Shown: positions 1 through 13,805 of the stretch, one piece after another
How the letters are laid out: the number at the start of each line of letters is the position of its first letter
How positions within the stretch are numbered: position 1 is the first letter of the stretch
NCBI GenBank assembly: GCA_951406725.2
Contig: OX597832.1
Location: 27,590,001-27,654,000 of the forward strand
Direction of reading: 5' to 3'
Length of the DNA: 64,000 nucleotides
From: Octopus vulgaris
Taxonomy: Eukaryota
The notes under the pieces: generated by a model
Told to the model about the DNA's origin: nothing
Seen by the model: only the letters and a program-made list of their open reading frames with translations
The model's database searches: none
Made by a program: the position numbers and the translations under genes

Positions 1-1
1 A

Positions 2-150
2 TGGTGGTGGTGGTGGTGGTGGTGGTGGTGGTGGTGGTGGTGGTGGTGGTGGTGGTGGTGGTGGTGGTGGTGGTGGTGGTGGTGGTGGTGGTGGTGGTGG
101 TGGTGGTGGTGGTGGTGGTAGTGGTGGTGGGTGGTGGTGGTGGTGGTGGT
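2..150. repeat. (GGT)n microsatellite
   Basis: About 49 nearly perfect GGT units visible directly. Confidence 0.98.
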
Positions 151-365
151 GCCAGTTGAGCCAGTGTTTGCCATAATATATCTAAGACTTCAACTTTTGA
201 AACAGACGATTTCAAGATGGCGATGAGTCATGCACCTGTCTGCCGTAAACAAACATGATAAATACAGCCATGGGTGGATGAAGGGTGGCGAAGAAGGATA
301 GGGAACGTACAGCCAAATGTCCCGGGTAGCTCATATATGGATATATATGTGCGCATGTAAGTGTG

Positions 366-400
<35 letters not shown>

Positions 401-581
401 CGCTATGTTTATAAATATGCGCGCGAGTACATATATGTGTGTGTGTGTGTGTGTGCGTGTGTGTGCGTGTGAGTATTAATCTACACACACATATGTTAAT
501 ATAGTAATATATATCTAAACATATATGCGTGTGTGTGAATATATACATATATATATATACATATATACATACATGCATATA

Positions 582-612
<31 letters not shown>

Positions 613-667
613 GTCTATGTATACATATGTATATATATATATATGCATATATACATTATACACAAAC

Positions 668-702
<35 letters not shown>

Positions 703-1466
703 AGCACACATATACATATATATATATGTATGCATGTAGATGTATGCATAACCGAGCCTAATGTATTGGTGTAGTTTCCTGATAACCTATACCACTGGTA
801 ACAGTGAAAAGGGTGGCAGTAGAAGATGGAGTTCTGCTGCATCTGCCCTGCAGGCATGTTTAACGTGTGCATACATGTATGTATGTATGTATATGCATTA
901 TGCATATATGTACGTATGTATCTATGTATGTATGTATACATACATACATGCATACATACATATCTATATATGCATGAATTCAGATAGACACACACAGGCA
1001 CACACACATATACATACACACACACACACATATATATATGTGTGTATATATATATGCAAATTTATGTATATGTATATATATGTGTGTGTGTGTGTATGTA
1101 TGTATATATATATATATATATTTGTATATACATACACACATACACACATACATATGAATATATGTGTATATACGTATGCATGTATGCATGTATGTATGTA
1201 TGCATGTTTGTATGTATGTATGTATGTATGCATGCATGTATGTATGTATGTATGTATGTATGTATGTATGTATGTATGTATGTATGTATGTATGTATGTA
1301 TGTATGTATGTATGAATGCTCTTCTAAGCGCATACATTATTGGTACAAATCAAGATTAATTGATGTATATGGGTCTGAACACTCGTTCTATACATAAATG
1401 TTCGTGCGTCGAGGAATTGCACAGACAGACATACAGACAGATAGATAGACAGACAGCTATATATAT

Positions 1467-1828
1467 ACTTGTGCCAGACTTTGGCTTCGTCAGTTACATA
1501 AACAGCTGGACGGGGCGCCACTGCATAGTCCCAAAACCCCCAACATTGCCATCAGGTTACAGAACCGGATACTTCAATATCCTCCCGCAAAGCCTCAGAG
1601 ACCTGCACGGGATGGATGTAGGCTTTTTCAAAACAAAACCGGATCCCCTTCTGTCAAGAGTTCTGGATGAACCTACCTCAAGGCAAGAAACACAGATGAG
1701 GGCAGCAACGTCCAGACACCCTCATCTACCAAATGTCACAGATCAGAGGAGGTTTAGTGAAAGTATAGCAAAGTAGACGGCGGTGCCCCAGCATGGCCGC
1801 AGTCCTTGAACAGAAACTAAAAAGAAAA
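1467..1828 (+). mobile_element. 3' end fragment of a CR1/L2-like LINE (ORF2 C-terminus plus tail)
   Basis: Translation FNILPQSLRDLHGMDVGFFKTKPDPLLSRVLDEPTSRQ resembles the (W/F)N.LP...FK..LD..L terminus of CR1-group ORF2. It is followed by the tail ggcggtgccccagcatggccgcag and an A-rich end. Confidence 0.65.
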
Positions 1829-1838
1829 TCCATACATA

Positions 1839-2378
1839 GGCGCAGGAGGGCTTACCAGCCACAAGATTCTGGGTTCAGCCCCACTGCGTGGCACCTTGGG
1901 TAAATGACTTCTACTATAGCCTTAGGCCGACCAAAGCCTTGTGAGTGGATTTGGTAGGCGGAAACTGAAAGAATCCTGTCGTGTATATATGTATATATAT
2001 ATAAATATATATATATACATGTATGTATGTATATATGTATGTGTGTATGTATGTATGTGTGTATGTATGTATGTATGTATGTATGTATGTATGTATGTAT
2101 GTATGTTTGTTTGTATGTATGTATGTATGTATGTATGTATGTATGTATGTATGTATGTATGTGCGTGTGACTTTGTATCTGTGTTTGTCACCCCAAAATC
2201 GCTTGACAACCGATACTGGTGTGTTTACGTCCCCGTAGCTTAGCAGTTCGGCAAAAGAGACCGATTGAAAAAGTACTAGGCTTGCAAAGAATAAGTCCTG
2301 GGGTCCAATTGCTGGACTAAAGGCGATGCTCCAGCATGGCCACAGTCAAATTCCTGAAACGTGTAAAAGTGTCAAAGA
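1839..2378 (+). mobile_element. tRNA-derived SINE family A with internal (TATG)n
   Basis: Head ggcgcaggag...gggttcagccccactgcgtggcaccttggg and tail gctccagcatggccacagtcaaa; highly similar to copies at 52909 and 53800. Confidence 0.9.
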
Positions 2379-3048
2379 ATATATGTATAGTGTTCTTGTA
2401 CATATCTGTATTGTATATTAGCATGCAGATGTGTATGTTTGTATATATAAGTATATATGTATGTGTGTGTGATTATGTGTGTGAATATGTGTGTGTGTAT
2501 CTGGGTGGATATAGAGATGGGTGGATGGATTCCAATACAAATGTATGTTTATGTGTCGTTCACTGATTCACAATCACCTAAACACACTTTCGTGCCTACA
2601 CTGTAAATTTGTGCATCTTTATATACATACGTATACATGTGTGTGTATATATGTGTGTGTGTGTGTAGTGTGTGTGTGTGTGTCTATATGCATACATACA
2701 AACACACAGACAATTCAAATTCGAGTGTGCATATATATTATATGTGTGTGTGTGTGTGTATTCGAGTGTGCATATATATATATTTGTGTGTGTGAGTTTG
2801 TATGTGTGTATGTGTGTGTGCATGTGTGTGCGTGTTCGTGCGCGCCCTCCATGTTCACAAATCCAAAACTGATAAAGCAGTTTGTTGTATAAAAGTGTGT
2901 CTACACACTTCCGGGAGAGTTGAGATAGTTACTCTGATAAACTCTAGCAAATCTGTGCTATATACAATCATATATACATACATTATATTCATTTGTATGT
3001 GTGTGTGTGTGTGTGTATGTTTATATATACATATATATACATATATAC

Positions 3049-3107
<59 letters not shown>

Positions 3108-3186
3108 CATATACATATATACATGTATATGTATATATATACTTACATACATATATATTATATACATTCATATATATAATATATAT

Positions 3187-3270
<84 letters not shown>

Positions 3271-3989
3271 CGTACACACGTCTACATTTGTGTGCGTGTT
3301 TGTGTCAATGTATGGATGTACGTATACGCCGAAAGAAATATCCAGCTTGCCGTTGTACAGAAACCAAGTTGGTGAATTTGCATAATATATGCAGTCGCAA
3401 AATAAAGAAAAATCAAACCATATAAAAACACGCGTTTTCTGCCATCAAATAAAGAAACCAAGTTGGAAATACATTCGCTCTAGATTTGCTTCTATTCTAA
3501 CCGTACATATTAAGTCTGCTCGCTCGCCATGACATATAAGTTTTAGACCGTGCCGGAAGAGCAGATTCGCTGCGGTGCTTCACTAAACTTCCTGCAGTAT
3601 TTGCTTACGCACTTATAATGGTGTTAGTCAATAGAAGGGAACAGCGCTCGTCTCTTCTTTTGGCTGTTAGTAAGAGTAATAGAGTTTAAGGTTGATTTTT
3701 TATCATCTTGTAACAGTCATTTATATCGACGTATGTATTTTTAGGTTCAAAACATACCAAGATATTTGTTGGTTTTTCTAATTTTCCTTGGTATTTGGGG
3801 AATATTTTCATACCGATGTTAGCCTTGACTGAGAAGACCTATAATCAGAAATCTCCCATCTATTATCTTTTCGGACATAGTGTATCTTGGATTGTATTTT
3901 CGAATGTGCCAACTAAAAGTGTTGATGTGTATAGGCACATTTGTGTGTTGAAATATTTTAACCTACAAAGTTGTGATAAATCCAAGGCT

Positions 3990-4810
3990 GAAAATAAATT
4001 TCTTTGACATTACATTTAATATAAGTAAACACTACTAAGAAACAATATACATCAATCAAACTTCTGATCATCCGTCCACAATTCTAAAACGTCTCACAGG
4101 TAACATTAGCAAATATTTTTATGATTAAATTAGGAAATATTTTTAAAATATCGCCTCCACACAAGAACAATGCCTTAGCGCCAAGTGGGTTTTAAAATAA
4201 TCGGCAATATATCGAAAAGACTATCAGAAATCATTAAATAAAAACAAAAAAATATTATGATATAACCCAACATATAGTATAAATATACTTCAAATATATC
4301 TTACTACACAAGTAAAATGTATTTTCCCGTTTCACATAGATACCATAATATCCAGTTATAACTTTTTAAATAATATATAGGCTTCCAAATTTCTCACAAT
4401 ACTCGGAATTCTAGAAACACCACACAAGCACAACAAACTAAATGCTATAGTAGAAATATTTTGTCATTTCCGCAGAAAAATATATCAATGGCACTGGTGT
4501 AGAAAACTGATGCAAAATAACAGAAGATATTAAAAACATTTTCAAAATCTGATATTCACAACATGTTTGTTCATTCTTCACCAAGAATAAAATCTACTCT
4601 ATATCACTGTTCGACTATTTACATATGCAAATTTGAAGATAGAAGAGTCAACGACGTTATTTTAAAATGAAGTTTTGTCGAGTAATCAGGACTATTATAA
4701 TTGTGGTAACAATAGGTGCAATTTATGTATCTCTGAAAAATTCAAAATACTAAATACACCAACCAATGTTTTGACCATAAGTGACGAGATAAACTGCATA
4801 GAAGAAAATT
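3990..4810 (+). mobile_element. Degenerate Penelope-like element (RT C-terminus to GIY-YIG end)
   Basis: Broken frames give NFFDITFNI, TIYINQTSDHPSTILKRLTGNISK, NNALAPSGF and CNLCISEKFKILN, matching PLE motifs (FLDVTL, SNHP..I.K, YN.AL..SG, CNLC..EK..I) in the expected order. Confidence 0.75.
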
Positions 4811-5961
4811 ACTTCTCATCTTTCAAATAGTTTTACCGAATCCAGTTCACTTCTAAAACAGGAAGATAAATTTCCCCTTAGTAAACGATGACAATATATG
4901 GCGAGTTCCTCTGTTGATAAGACATCCGACGAGAGTAAATATCTCCTGAAAAATCTAGAAACTTTTTCACCTATGAATTGGAAGTCATTTCCACCGGTGG
5001 ATTTCTCTAATTAAACTCGGGAGCAACATGGCAAAATCATAAAAATACCATCACATGATCTGAGGTAACCAATGAAAATGACATGTCAAACACTTCGTTC
5101 TAATGCTTTCTTAACAGTCCCGCGATACTTCGCTTCAATGAATGAAACGAAACGGAAACTACGTTGCGTAAATGATTCCAAAGAAGGAGAGAGTCGTCTA
5201 CTTCATTACATCACAGGATTTCAGTTATTGACTACGAAAAGATGAAATTCAAATTTGGCATTGATGAGATTTGAACTGAGAATGCTTGGGACAAAATAAC
5301 AAGGGATTCTAAAGGACTCAGCCGACGACTCAGTTCGCTTGGTCCTATTTAAGTACAACACTTTATTTACATCTAAAAGAATGTCCTACTGAAACTTCAG
5401 CCAATCACAGAGAAATTTCAAAAATCGAATATGATAGTTTCTAATCATCATTACTACGACTCTAACTGAATTGAATTTCATTGGCCAATCATTATCGATT
5501 ATAGGAATGATACAAAATGAAACAGAAAACAAACAAAAAGAACAAATAAAAGCAAATAAATAAAACATAACACAAGTCTTTTCTTTTTTTCCTATAATTC
5601 CTGCAAATCTTTTGATTTTTTTCTTCCATTTTTCTCTTCTTTCACGTCCTCCCACCTTCCACGTCGTCTGCAGCCGAGAGGATTATCCAACTATATGTCT
5701 ATGCATTTGTACGACCGATAATTAATCTCCAGGCCGTTCAAATGAGCTTTTTTTTTTCATCCTTATATATTCATTCACTTTTTTATTTTATTGGAATTAT
5801 TTAATTTTTTTATTCTTTTCTCTTTTCTCTCGTTCACTTCTTGTTTCTATTTCTCCTTCTCTACTTCTTCCTTTTCATCTTCTTCTTTTGCTTTCTCTTT
5901 TTCTTTTTCCCCTTCCATCTTTTTCTCTTCTACTTCTTCCTCATCATTATCATCACAACCA

Positions 5962-6162
5962 TCTTCTTCTTCTTCTTCTTCTTCTTCTGCTTCTTCTGCT
6001 TCTTCTTCTTCTTCTTCTTCTGCTTCTTCTTCTTCTGCTTCTTCTGCTTCTTCTTCTTCTTCTTCTTCTTCTTCTTCTTCTTCTTCTTCTTCTGCTTCTT
6101 CTTCTTCTTCTTCTTCTTCTTCTTCTTCTTCTTCTTCTTCTTCTTCTTCTTCTTCTTCTTCT
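5962..6162. repeat. (TTC)n microsatellite with TGC interruptions
   Basis: Direct observation. Confidence 0.97.
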
Positions 6163-6343
6163 CACGCTTCCCTCCTTCACCCCACTCACTTCGATCCGAC
6201 TTTTAGTTCAGATTTGAGAGCAAATAAGAAAAGAGAATATATAAATATTTAACTTAAATAAATAACAAGAAATTAATACAAGACAAAAAAAGTAAGACAA
6301 CGGTTTTGTTTTCTTTTGGCAAGAATTTGGGTTAAATGTATGG

Positions 6344-6401
<58 letters not shown>

Positions 6402-6467
6402 CTCTACTCACACATACACACATGTAATGAATTTATGAATGTGTATCTATATATGTATGTGCATAAA

Positions 6468-6597
<130 letters not shown>

Positions 6598-8226
6598 TGG
6601 ATATATATATAATATTTGTGTGTGTATGTAGGCATGTAAGCAAGTATGTATGTTTATATGCATGTGTGTATGTCTGTATGAATGTGTGTGCATATGTATA
6701 TATATATATATGTGTGTGTGTGTAAGCATGTATGTGTATATATACATGTATGCATATATGCATGCATATGCATATATCATATAGATTTGTGGTTTACATG
6801 TGTAGATATTGAAATATATCAATACACAATTTTGTGCGATTTTTTGTGTATTTTTGTATGTTCTGTGTGTGTGTGTGTGTTTAAAGTCTCTCTCGTATTT
6901 CCTAACTCAGCACTACATTGTGTATTGTCCAAACGGTGCCGGTGTCGTTTTGGAAGTCCCCCGTACACCATACGCCCGCTTCAGAACTCGAACTCACATC
7001 GCATAAGAATGCCACAACACAACTTCTTTCCCCTCAACCAACTGCTCCTGCTTTATTCAACACCGAATCAAATAAGTCCCCAGAACGTCCAAATGTGTGT
7101 ACCTGGACCAAATTCCTCCCAACGCCAGAATCCAAAGATATTTTGGTCAACGCAATTTCGTATCCGAGTCTGCTCCCATGTCCCAAATTTAACTTAAATG
7201 ACTTCTCCAGATTGCTCTATGAAGCTAAACATGGCATGCACCAGTGATGACCGTAATCTATCTAAGTTGCATGTGTGTGTGCATGTCTGTCTGTGTGTAT
7301 GTGTGTGTGTGTGAATACATTTGTGTTGATAGTTAGACAACATGTAGGCGTATGCATACATGTACGTACGAACATACATTCGCACACATACAGGCTGGCA
7401 TATACACACATTTCCACACACAGGCGTACATACACACTCATACATACACATATATTCATATGCATATATACATATACACATATACGCATATGCACATATA
7501 CGCATATACACATATACACATATATTTATCTGTGTATATGCGCATATACACATACATTCATTATACACATATACACATATACGCATGTATACATATACAC
7601 ACATCCGCATACACGCACACACGCACACACACAACACACACACATACATACATACATACATACATATATACATACATACATACATACATACACACACACA
7701 CATACATACATACATACATACATACATACATACATACATACATACACACATACATACATACATACATACACACACACATTCATACATACACACATACACG
7801 CACACACATACATACATACATACATACATACATACACACAAACAGATCTATATATATTACCATTTCGCTTTGACCTGTCACCCAAACCGTTCGAACTGTA
7901 TTCCCATGCACAAAACTCTTTCCTTCACAGACCGAAGCTAAACCATGTTGCGTCAGTGAGAGTGATTATATGTTGTTATGCACATCCGGTGGATCTGTTA
8001 TGTACTTCCGGTGGATCTGTTCGGCTTAATTCGCCTGGATAAAATCATGTTTCTCTGATAACATTTCAATATGATTTCCGGGAATTCTATTTTATTCTGT
8101 TTTATTTCACTTTTTTTTCTGTTTATTTGTTATAATTTGATATTTCAAACACTGTATCAAGAAGTTACTTTTCTGATGCACACCGCTGAAATTACTCTGC
8201 CTGGTTAATGCATATATATATATATA

Positions 8227-8609
8227 CGAGCAAAACGCCTGCCGTCCAATAGACGGTGCTGAGTTGTCAAACATTTAAACCAAATTTTCTCAAAACAACT
8301 TGTCCGACCGTCCCATAGTCCTCCCCTTTGAGAACCACTGATTTAACCTAAATTTCAGACACCAGCAAAAGAAGAAATAAAGATAGACTTTTTGTCTATT
8401 CCAAGAAAAACTATTTTACAAATGCACGTTCTCACGGCTTTATCGATTGCATTCTCACCTAGAATCGATTTTTGTAATTTTTTCAAGACTTATATACGCC
8501 CTGATACCGTCGGTATCTACATATCAAATTTGAGCGCAATTGGATTGAGGATGCCCGAGATCCTAGAAGACATACACACAGACAGACAGAACAGATTTTA
8601 TATCATTGA
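8227..8609 (-). mobile_element. Non-autonomous Helitron
   Basis: Minus strand starts A|TC aatgatataaaatctgttctgtctgtctg and ends with the hairpin ccgtc-tattg-gacgg then ctcg|T (CTRR-like). No TSD. Confidence 0.6.
8281..8340. mobile_element. 60-bp hAT-type micro-MITE inside the Helitron
   Basis: Ends caaattttctcaaa / tttgagaaccactg (imperfect TIR), flanked by atttaaac / atttaacc (8-bp TSD, 1 mismatch). Confidence 0.5.
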
Positions 8610-9029
8610 TCTATATACATTCTTGCATGCATATATATACACTCATACACACACACACACACATATATATCAGAGAGAGACAGAGACAGAGACAGACAGA
8701 CAGACAGACAGACAGAGGTAGAGAACTGTCACTAGACTCCTTCACTCAACCGCGTCAGCCTTAAGTTTCAGCGCAGAAATAATGTCACATATTAACGCAC
8801 GGACGTAGCAGGGGACTTGCAAAAATCTCTAAAACTAATCACGTTGTTATCCTTGGCCAATCAAATCGTATCCGAACATGTGCCATGTTCTCTCTTTAGA
8901 AACAAGACAATTTTTGAACTCCAATCAGAAACAAGATAATTGAACTTCTTTTACATATATATTATGTGTGTGTGTGTGTATTTGTTTTACAAGATTCTCG
9001 TGAAATCGTGTTTAAACAAATCTTGTTTA

Positions 9030-9575
9030 TATTTCGAGACGGTCATTTTGCCACTAAATACACACACTGTTTATTTGATCTTAACTGATTGGAATTGTTA
9101 TCATGTACACTGTTTTGTCTTGGTATAAAAGATGGGCTACGGCAAATATTCTGCTCAATACCACAGATTTGCTTGTCATTTGCTTGACCTTAACCAGTTG
9201 AGCATGTCCCTTAGTGGCTGATGATATGTGCATCTCTGACCACGAGCAGAAGTAGTGGGGGAGCATCATAGCCATGTGTTGAGAGGAATTCTTTGGGGTT
9301 TGGATAATCCACCTCTTGAAACATTGCTGTTTCGTTCAACATCATTCAACAACCCCAATTCAAGGACCTTTTGAGCGAGATGGGCTACTCGATCAGAAGA
9401 AAATTCTAACTGGGCCCTACCTGCAAGGTCATGCGCTGTTTATCTTGATATGAGATCACCATGTTGCGCACATATGATTGTGATGCATGTGCCTAGTGTA
9501 CCCTATGGGTATACTGGGCTTCGTATATTTTACTCCAGTGTCACATCGATGGTATGCACTGCTCTCTCACTCGAT
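9030..9575 (+). mobile_element. Non-coding interspersed retro-element ending in a (TAA)n array
   Basis: Complex sequence ending ...gctctctcactc directly followed by (AAT)n. It resembles a cephalopod repeat I recall but occurs once in this window. Confidence 0.35.
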
Positions 9576-9576
9576 G

Positions 9577-10100
<524 letters not shown>

Positions 10101-10482
10101 CAACAACAACAGTAATGATGATGGTGATGAGGGTGATATTAATAACAGTTTCGTTTTTTTTTTTAATAGTATTACGGGCAACATGAAAGAATGTATGAAG
10201 ATCAGAACGTTTGTTTTTAAGTGAAATGAATATAAATAAAATTAAAAAAAGAGGGAAAAACTGTAACGCAAAGGAAACCAAAGTAACACTTCGCTCTGCA
10301 AGTTAAATAAAATAAAGCAGCTTTAGAAAAATGGCAAAACAGTCATTTTTTTTTAAGTGAATTATACACAAACAAGTAACTCTTTTAAGTTGTGTTTAAT
10401 AGAATAAACATAACAGATATTTCATTGCCGGTTTGACAGTGGGCCAATATCTTGTGTGTGAAGTAACATTTACGTTGTCCGT

Positions 10483-10542
<60 letters not shown>

Positions 10543-10598
10543 GGTGATGCTAATAGGAAAATAGAACTCAAAACATGAGTTTGTATAGTTTTTGTGTA

Positions 10599-10658
<60 letters not shown>

Positions 10659-10777
10659 CATTATTATTATTATTATCATTATTATTATTATTGTTATTAT
10701 TATTGTTGTTGTTGTTGTTATTATTATTATTATTGTTATTATTATTAGTACTACTACTACTACTACTATTATTATTA

Positions 10778-10815
<38 letters not shown>

Positions 10816-10891
10816 GTTATTATTGCTATTACTATGCACATACACTCCGACATATATATATAAATATATATACACATATATACATACATAT

Positions 10892-10978
<87 letters not shown>

Positions 10979-11382
10979 TATACATATACATATACATTGT
11001 GTGTGTATATCGTGTGTGCGTGTGTGTTGAGGTCATTAATAAAGGCTGGATTGATTGGTGTTTGTTTAAAAGGACAGGATGGGGTTGAAAGGGAATGGGC
11101 ATAAAAAGAGGGGTGGTGAGGGTGAGAGGAGATATTGAGATGGGGAAAGAGGATAGAAGCTGGAAACGAGATAATGTGGCATTGAGATAGAGAAAGGGAG
11201 AGGTGGAGAACGATCTACGATGGTAGTGGGAGGAAGCATAGAGATAGAGACGGGTGGGGAATGGTCTGGGGTGGCCGTCAGAGGAAGTTTTGTGTTAGAG
11301 AAACACTAGTGACAGATTAGTCACTATTTTTCTAGATATCAGTACGGACGAAATTTGGCGAGCATATGGTCTTTGTGGATAT

Positions 11383-11429
11383 CTACTGCTGATGAAGCGT
11401 AAACACGCTGAAATCACGTGATCTAGCAG
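11383..11429 (+). ncRNA. Type I hammerhead ribozyme motif
   Basis: Stem I ctactg/tagcag (1 mismatch, 1 GU); CUGAUGA 11389-95; stem II agcgt/acgct with aaac loop; GAAA 11410-13; palindromic stem III atcacgtgat; AUC cleavage triplet 11421-23. Confidence 0.8.
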
Positions 11430-11872
11430 CTCCGCCGCCACTTCTTGTCCGCCATTGATACATTGTGCTGTTTAGTTCAATTCGTCTACATATGAGAGGG
11501 TGTCTCAAGACGAACACCACAGATCTATGGGGTTCTTAAAGTATACCTACATTAAGAGGTAAAAATTGCTATTCAATGCCAATACAGCATCCGCCGCTAA
11601 TAAATTTGTGTGTGCGTGTGTGTGTGTGTATGTGTGTGTACATGTGTGTGTGTGTGTGTAGATAGGTAGATAGATAGATATAGATATGTGCATACATATA
11701 TATATGTATATATGTGTGCGCGTGTGTATATATTTATTATATAAACATACACACACACACACACATACATACATATACACACACACTCACAATTTGAGGA
11801 TGCCATTTCCCCGTAAGGGATTGTTGATAACAATCCAGATGCCAAATGGCTTTATCAAATATATATATATAT

Positions 11873-12409
11873 GAGAAATTAAGATAAACACAAGCTTATG
11901 TCATTAGTTCCTGCGTATGTTTTACCATTTTGCTGGCTTGAAACCTTGCACTGGATGTCCCAAGTACGTAATGAATGCTTAACCAGAACAGATCATCAGG
12001 GAACACTTTATTATATCATCTTACTGAGAACTGATGTCTAGAGTTATGTAGATGGCGAGACGTCTTATAAATATTCAAAATACTTATAAAACGTCTCGCC
12101 ATCTACACAACTCTAGACATCAGTTCTCTGTAACATAATACAATAATGTGTTCTCTGATGACCTGTTCTAGTTAAGCAACAAATGCGAGGTTCCAAGCAA
12201 TCATAATGGTGAAACGTGCGTAGGAACTAATGATATAAACACGTGTTTATCTTAATCTCTCTTACGTTTGCTCTGTATTTCATAACTAGTAATAGTACTA
12301 CGTCTAGAAGTTATTTCACTGCTATACTGGAAGTAGACTGGAATATGATAATCTGTGTGGAGCTATCAATGCAGAAATAACAGTTGTTCTTTCATCTCTA
12401 CACAAAAGT

Positions 12410-12412
<3 letters not shown>
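11873..12412. mobile_element. Fold-back element (inverted PLE pseudo-LTR-like) between (TA)n tracts
   Basis: Arms 11873-~12075 and ~12079-12261 are diverged reverse complements. The right arm has gttct-CTGATGA...GAAACgtgcGTA-ggaac. Confidence 0.7.
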
Positions 12413-12465
<53 letters not shown>

Positions 12466-12468
12466 GCT

Positions 12469-12681
12469 ATTTGCCAACATAATGTGGCTGTCCTGGAAGG
12501 GGCGATGTTACTGTGGTTTTAGTCCAAGAAACATCGTTTCTAGCTGGCGATACGACACACTATCAGTGTCCTTATATTTTTGAACAAGGAGCTCAACTTC
12601 CGTGGACTAGTTTCTGGGTTATTGCCCTTTAACAACAGTAACATCGTCCCTTTCAGGACAGTCACATTATGTTGGCAAATA
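12469..12681. mobile_element. Short element with ~47-bp terminal inverted repeats in (TA)n
   Basis: tatttgccaacataatgtggctgtcctggaaggggcgatgttactgt ... acagtaacatcgtccctttcaggacagtcacattatgttggcaaata. Confidence 0.75.
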
Positions 12682-12773
12682 ACCTTTTCTTTAAAGAACT
12701 GTTATTGAATGTGTCTCTATGACAGATTTAGAAATAATATTTCTATTTATATATATGCATATGTATATGTGTT

Positions 12774-12807
<34 letters not shown>

Positions 12808-12813
<6 letters not shown>

Positions 12814-13190
12814 TAAGGTTGTGTGTCTGTCTACTCCGATTTAGATTCCTAACTACTCCCACATTTTGCGATGCAGTTTAACCAAAACCGGGTATCTTAT
12901 AGTCGTGATTCATATCGAGCCCTTCTGGGTATTAGCGCGCGTCTACGATGAGTCTACGATTTTAAAAATAATTTACCATCATTTTTTTCCATTTTAATGC
13001 ATATTTTTTTTAATATAAGGGAAGTAACTCTCTAAAAATGTCTACGATGAGTCAACGATTTAAAAAAAATTACCATCATATTTTTTCCATTTTTAATTCA
13101 TTTTTTTGCTATTTTTTGGCTATAACTCTCTAAAAATGCTTTATAATTATTTCCTTTACAAACCCGAGCAATGCCGGGCGATACTACTAG
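12808..13190 (+). mobile_element. Non-autonomous Helitron
   Basis: 5' tataaaagtaaggttgtgtgtctgtct; 3' hairpin cccgagcaatgccggg followed by CTAG|T. The 3' end is shared with copies at 36459 and 63911. Confidence 0.8.
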
Positions 13191-13199
13191 TATATATAT

Positions 13200-13417
13200 A
13201 TAAAAACAAAATAATAAATAAAACATATGTATATATACATGCATATATAAAAAAAAACGTCGAACACAATGAGAAACGAAAACATAAAAACAGAACCACG
13301 GAAACGGACATTTTTTAAACAACGTAAAAACAGGGTACAAGACATACAACACAAGGAAAATTGCCCTTCTTCAGTCGCCCCTGTTTCATCTACTCCGTGT
13401 TTCGAAGGTAAAGGCGA
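13200..13417 (-). repeat. Interspersed repeat, second copy at 63588-63850
   Basis: Reverse complement aligns closely with 63588-63760 (tcgcctttaccttcgaaac.cggagtagatgaaacaggggcgactgaagaaggg). Confidence 0.85.
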
Positions 13418-13550
13418 AGAAGAAGAAGAAGAAGAAGAAGAAGAAGAAGAAGAAGAAGAAGAAGAAGAAGAAAAAGAAGAAGAAGAAGAAGAAGAAGAAG
13501 AAGAAGAAGAAGAAGAAGAAGAAGAAGAAGAAGAAGAAGAAGAAGAAGAA
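13416..13550. repeat. (GAA)n microsatellite
   Basis: Direct observation. Similar tracts occur at 17796-17882, 37146-37421 and 39733-39829. Confidence 0.97.
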
Positions 13551-13805
13551 TGGCAAACAATAAGAATTTCTCTCGAAGCCACCAGAGTTCTGGCATTAGA
13601 TATTGTACGTAAGAAACGGCTGCCCCAGAAGAGAATCGAAGAAAGTTGCAAAGACAGCAAAAAAAAAACAAGTAAACAAAAATGCCAATTGAAAAATATC
13701 AATAACAACAACAGTAACAGTAACAGCAACAAAAGTGATAATAATACCAATAATAATAGTAATAATAATAATAGTAGTAGTAATAATAATAATAATAATA
13801 ATAAA

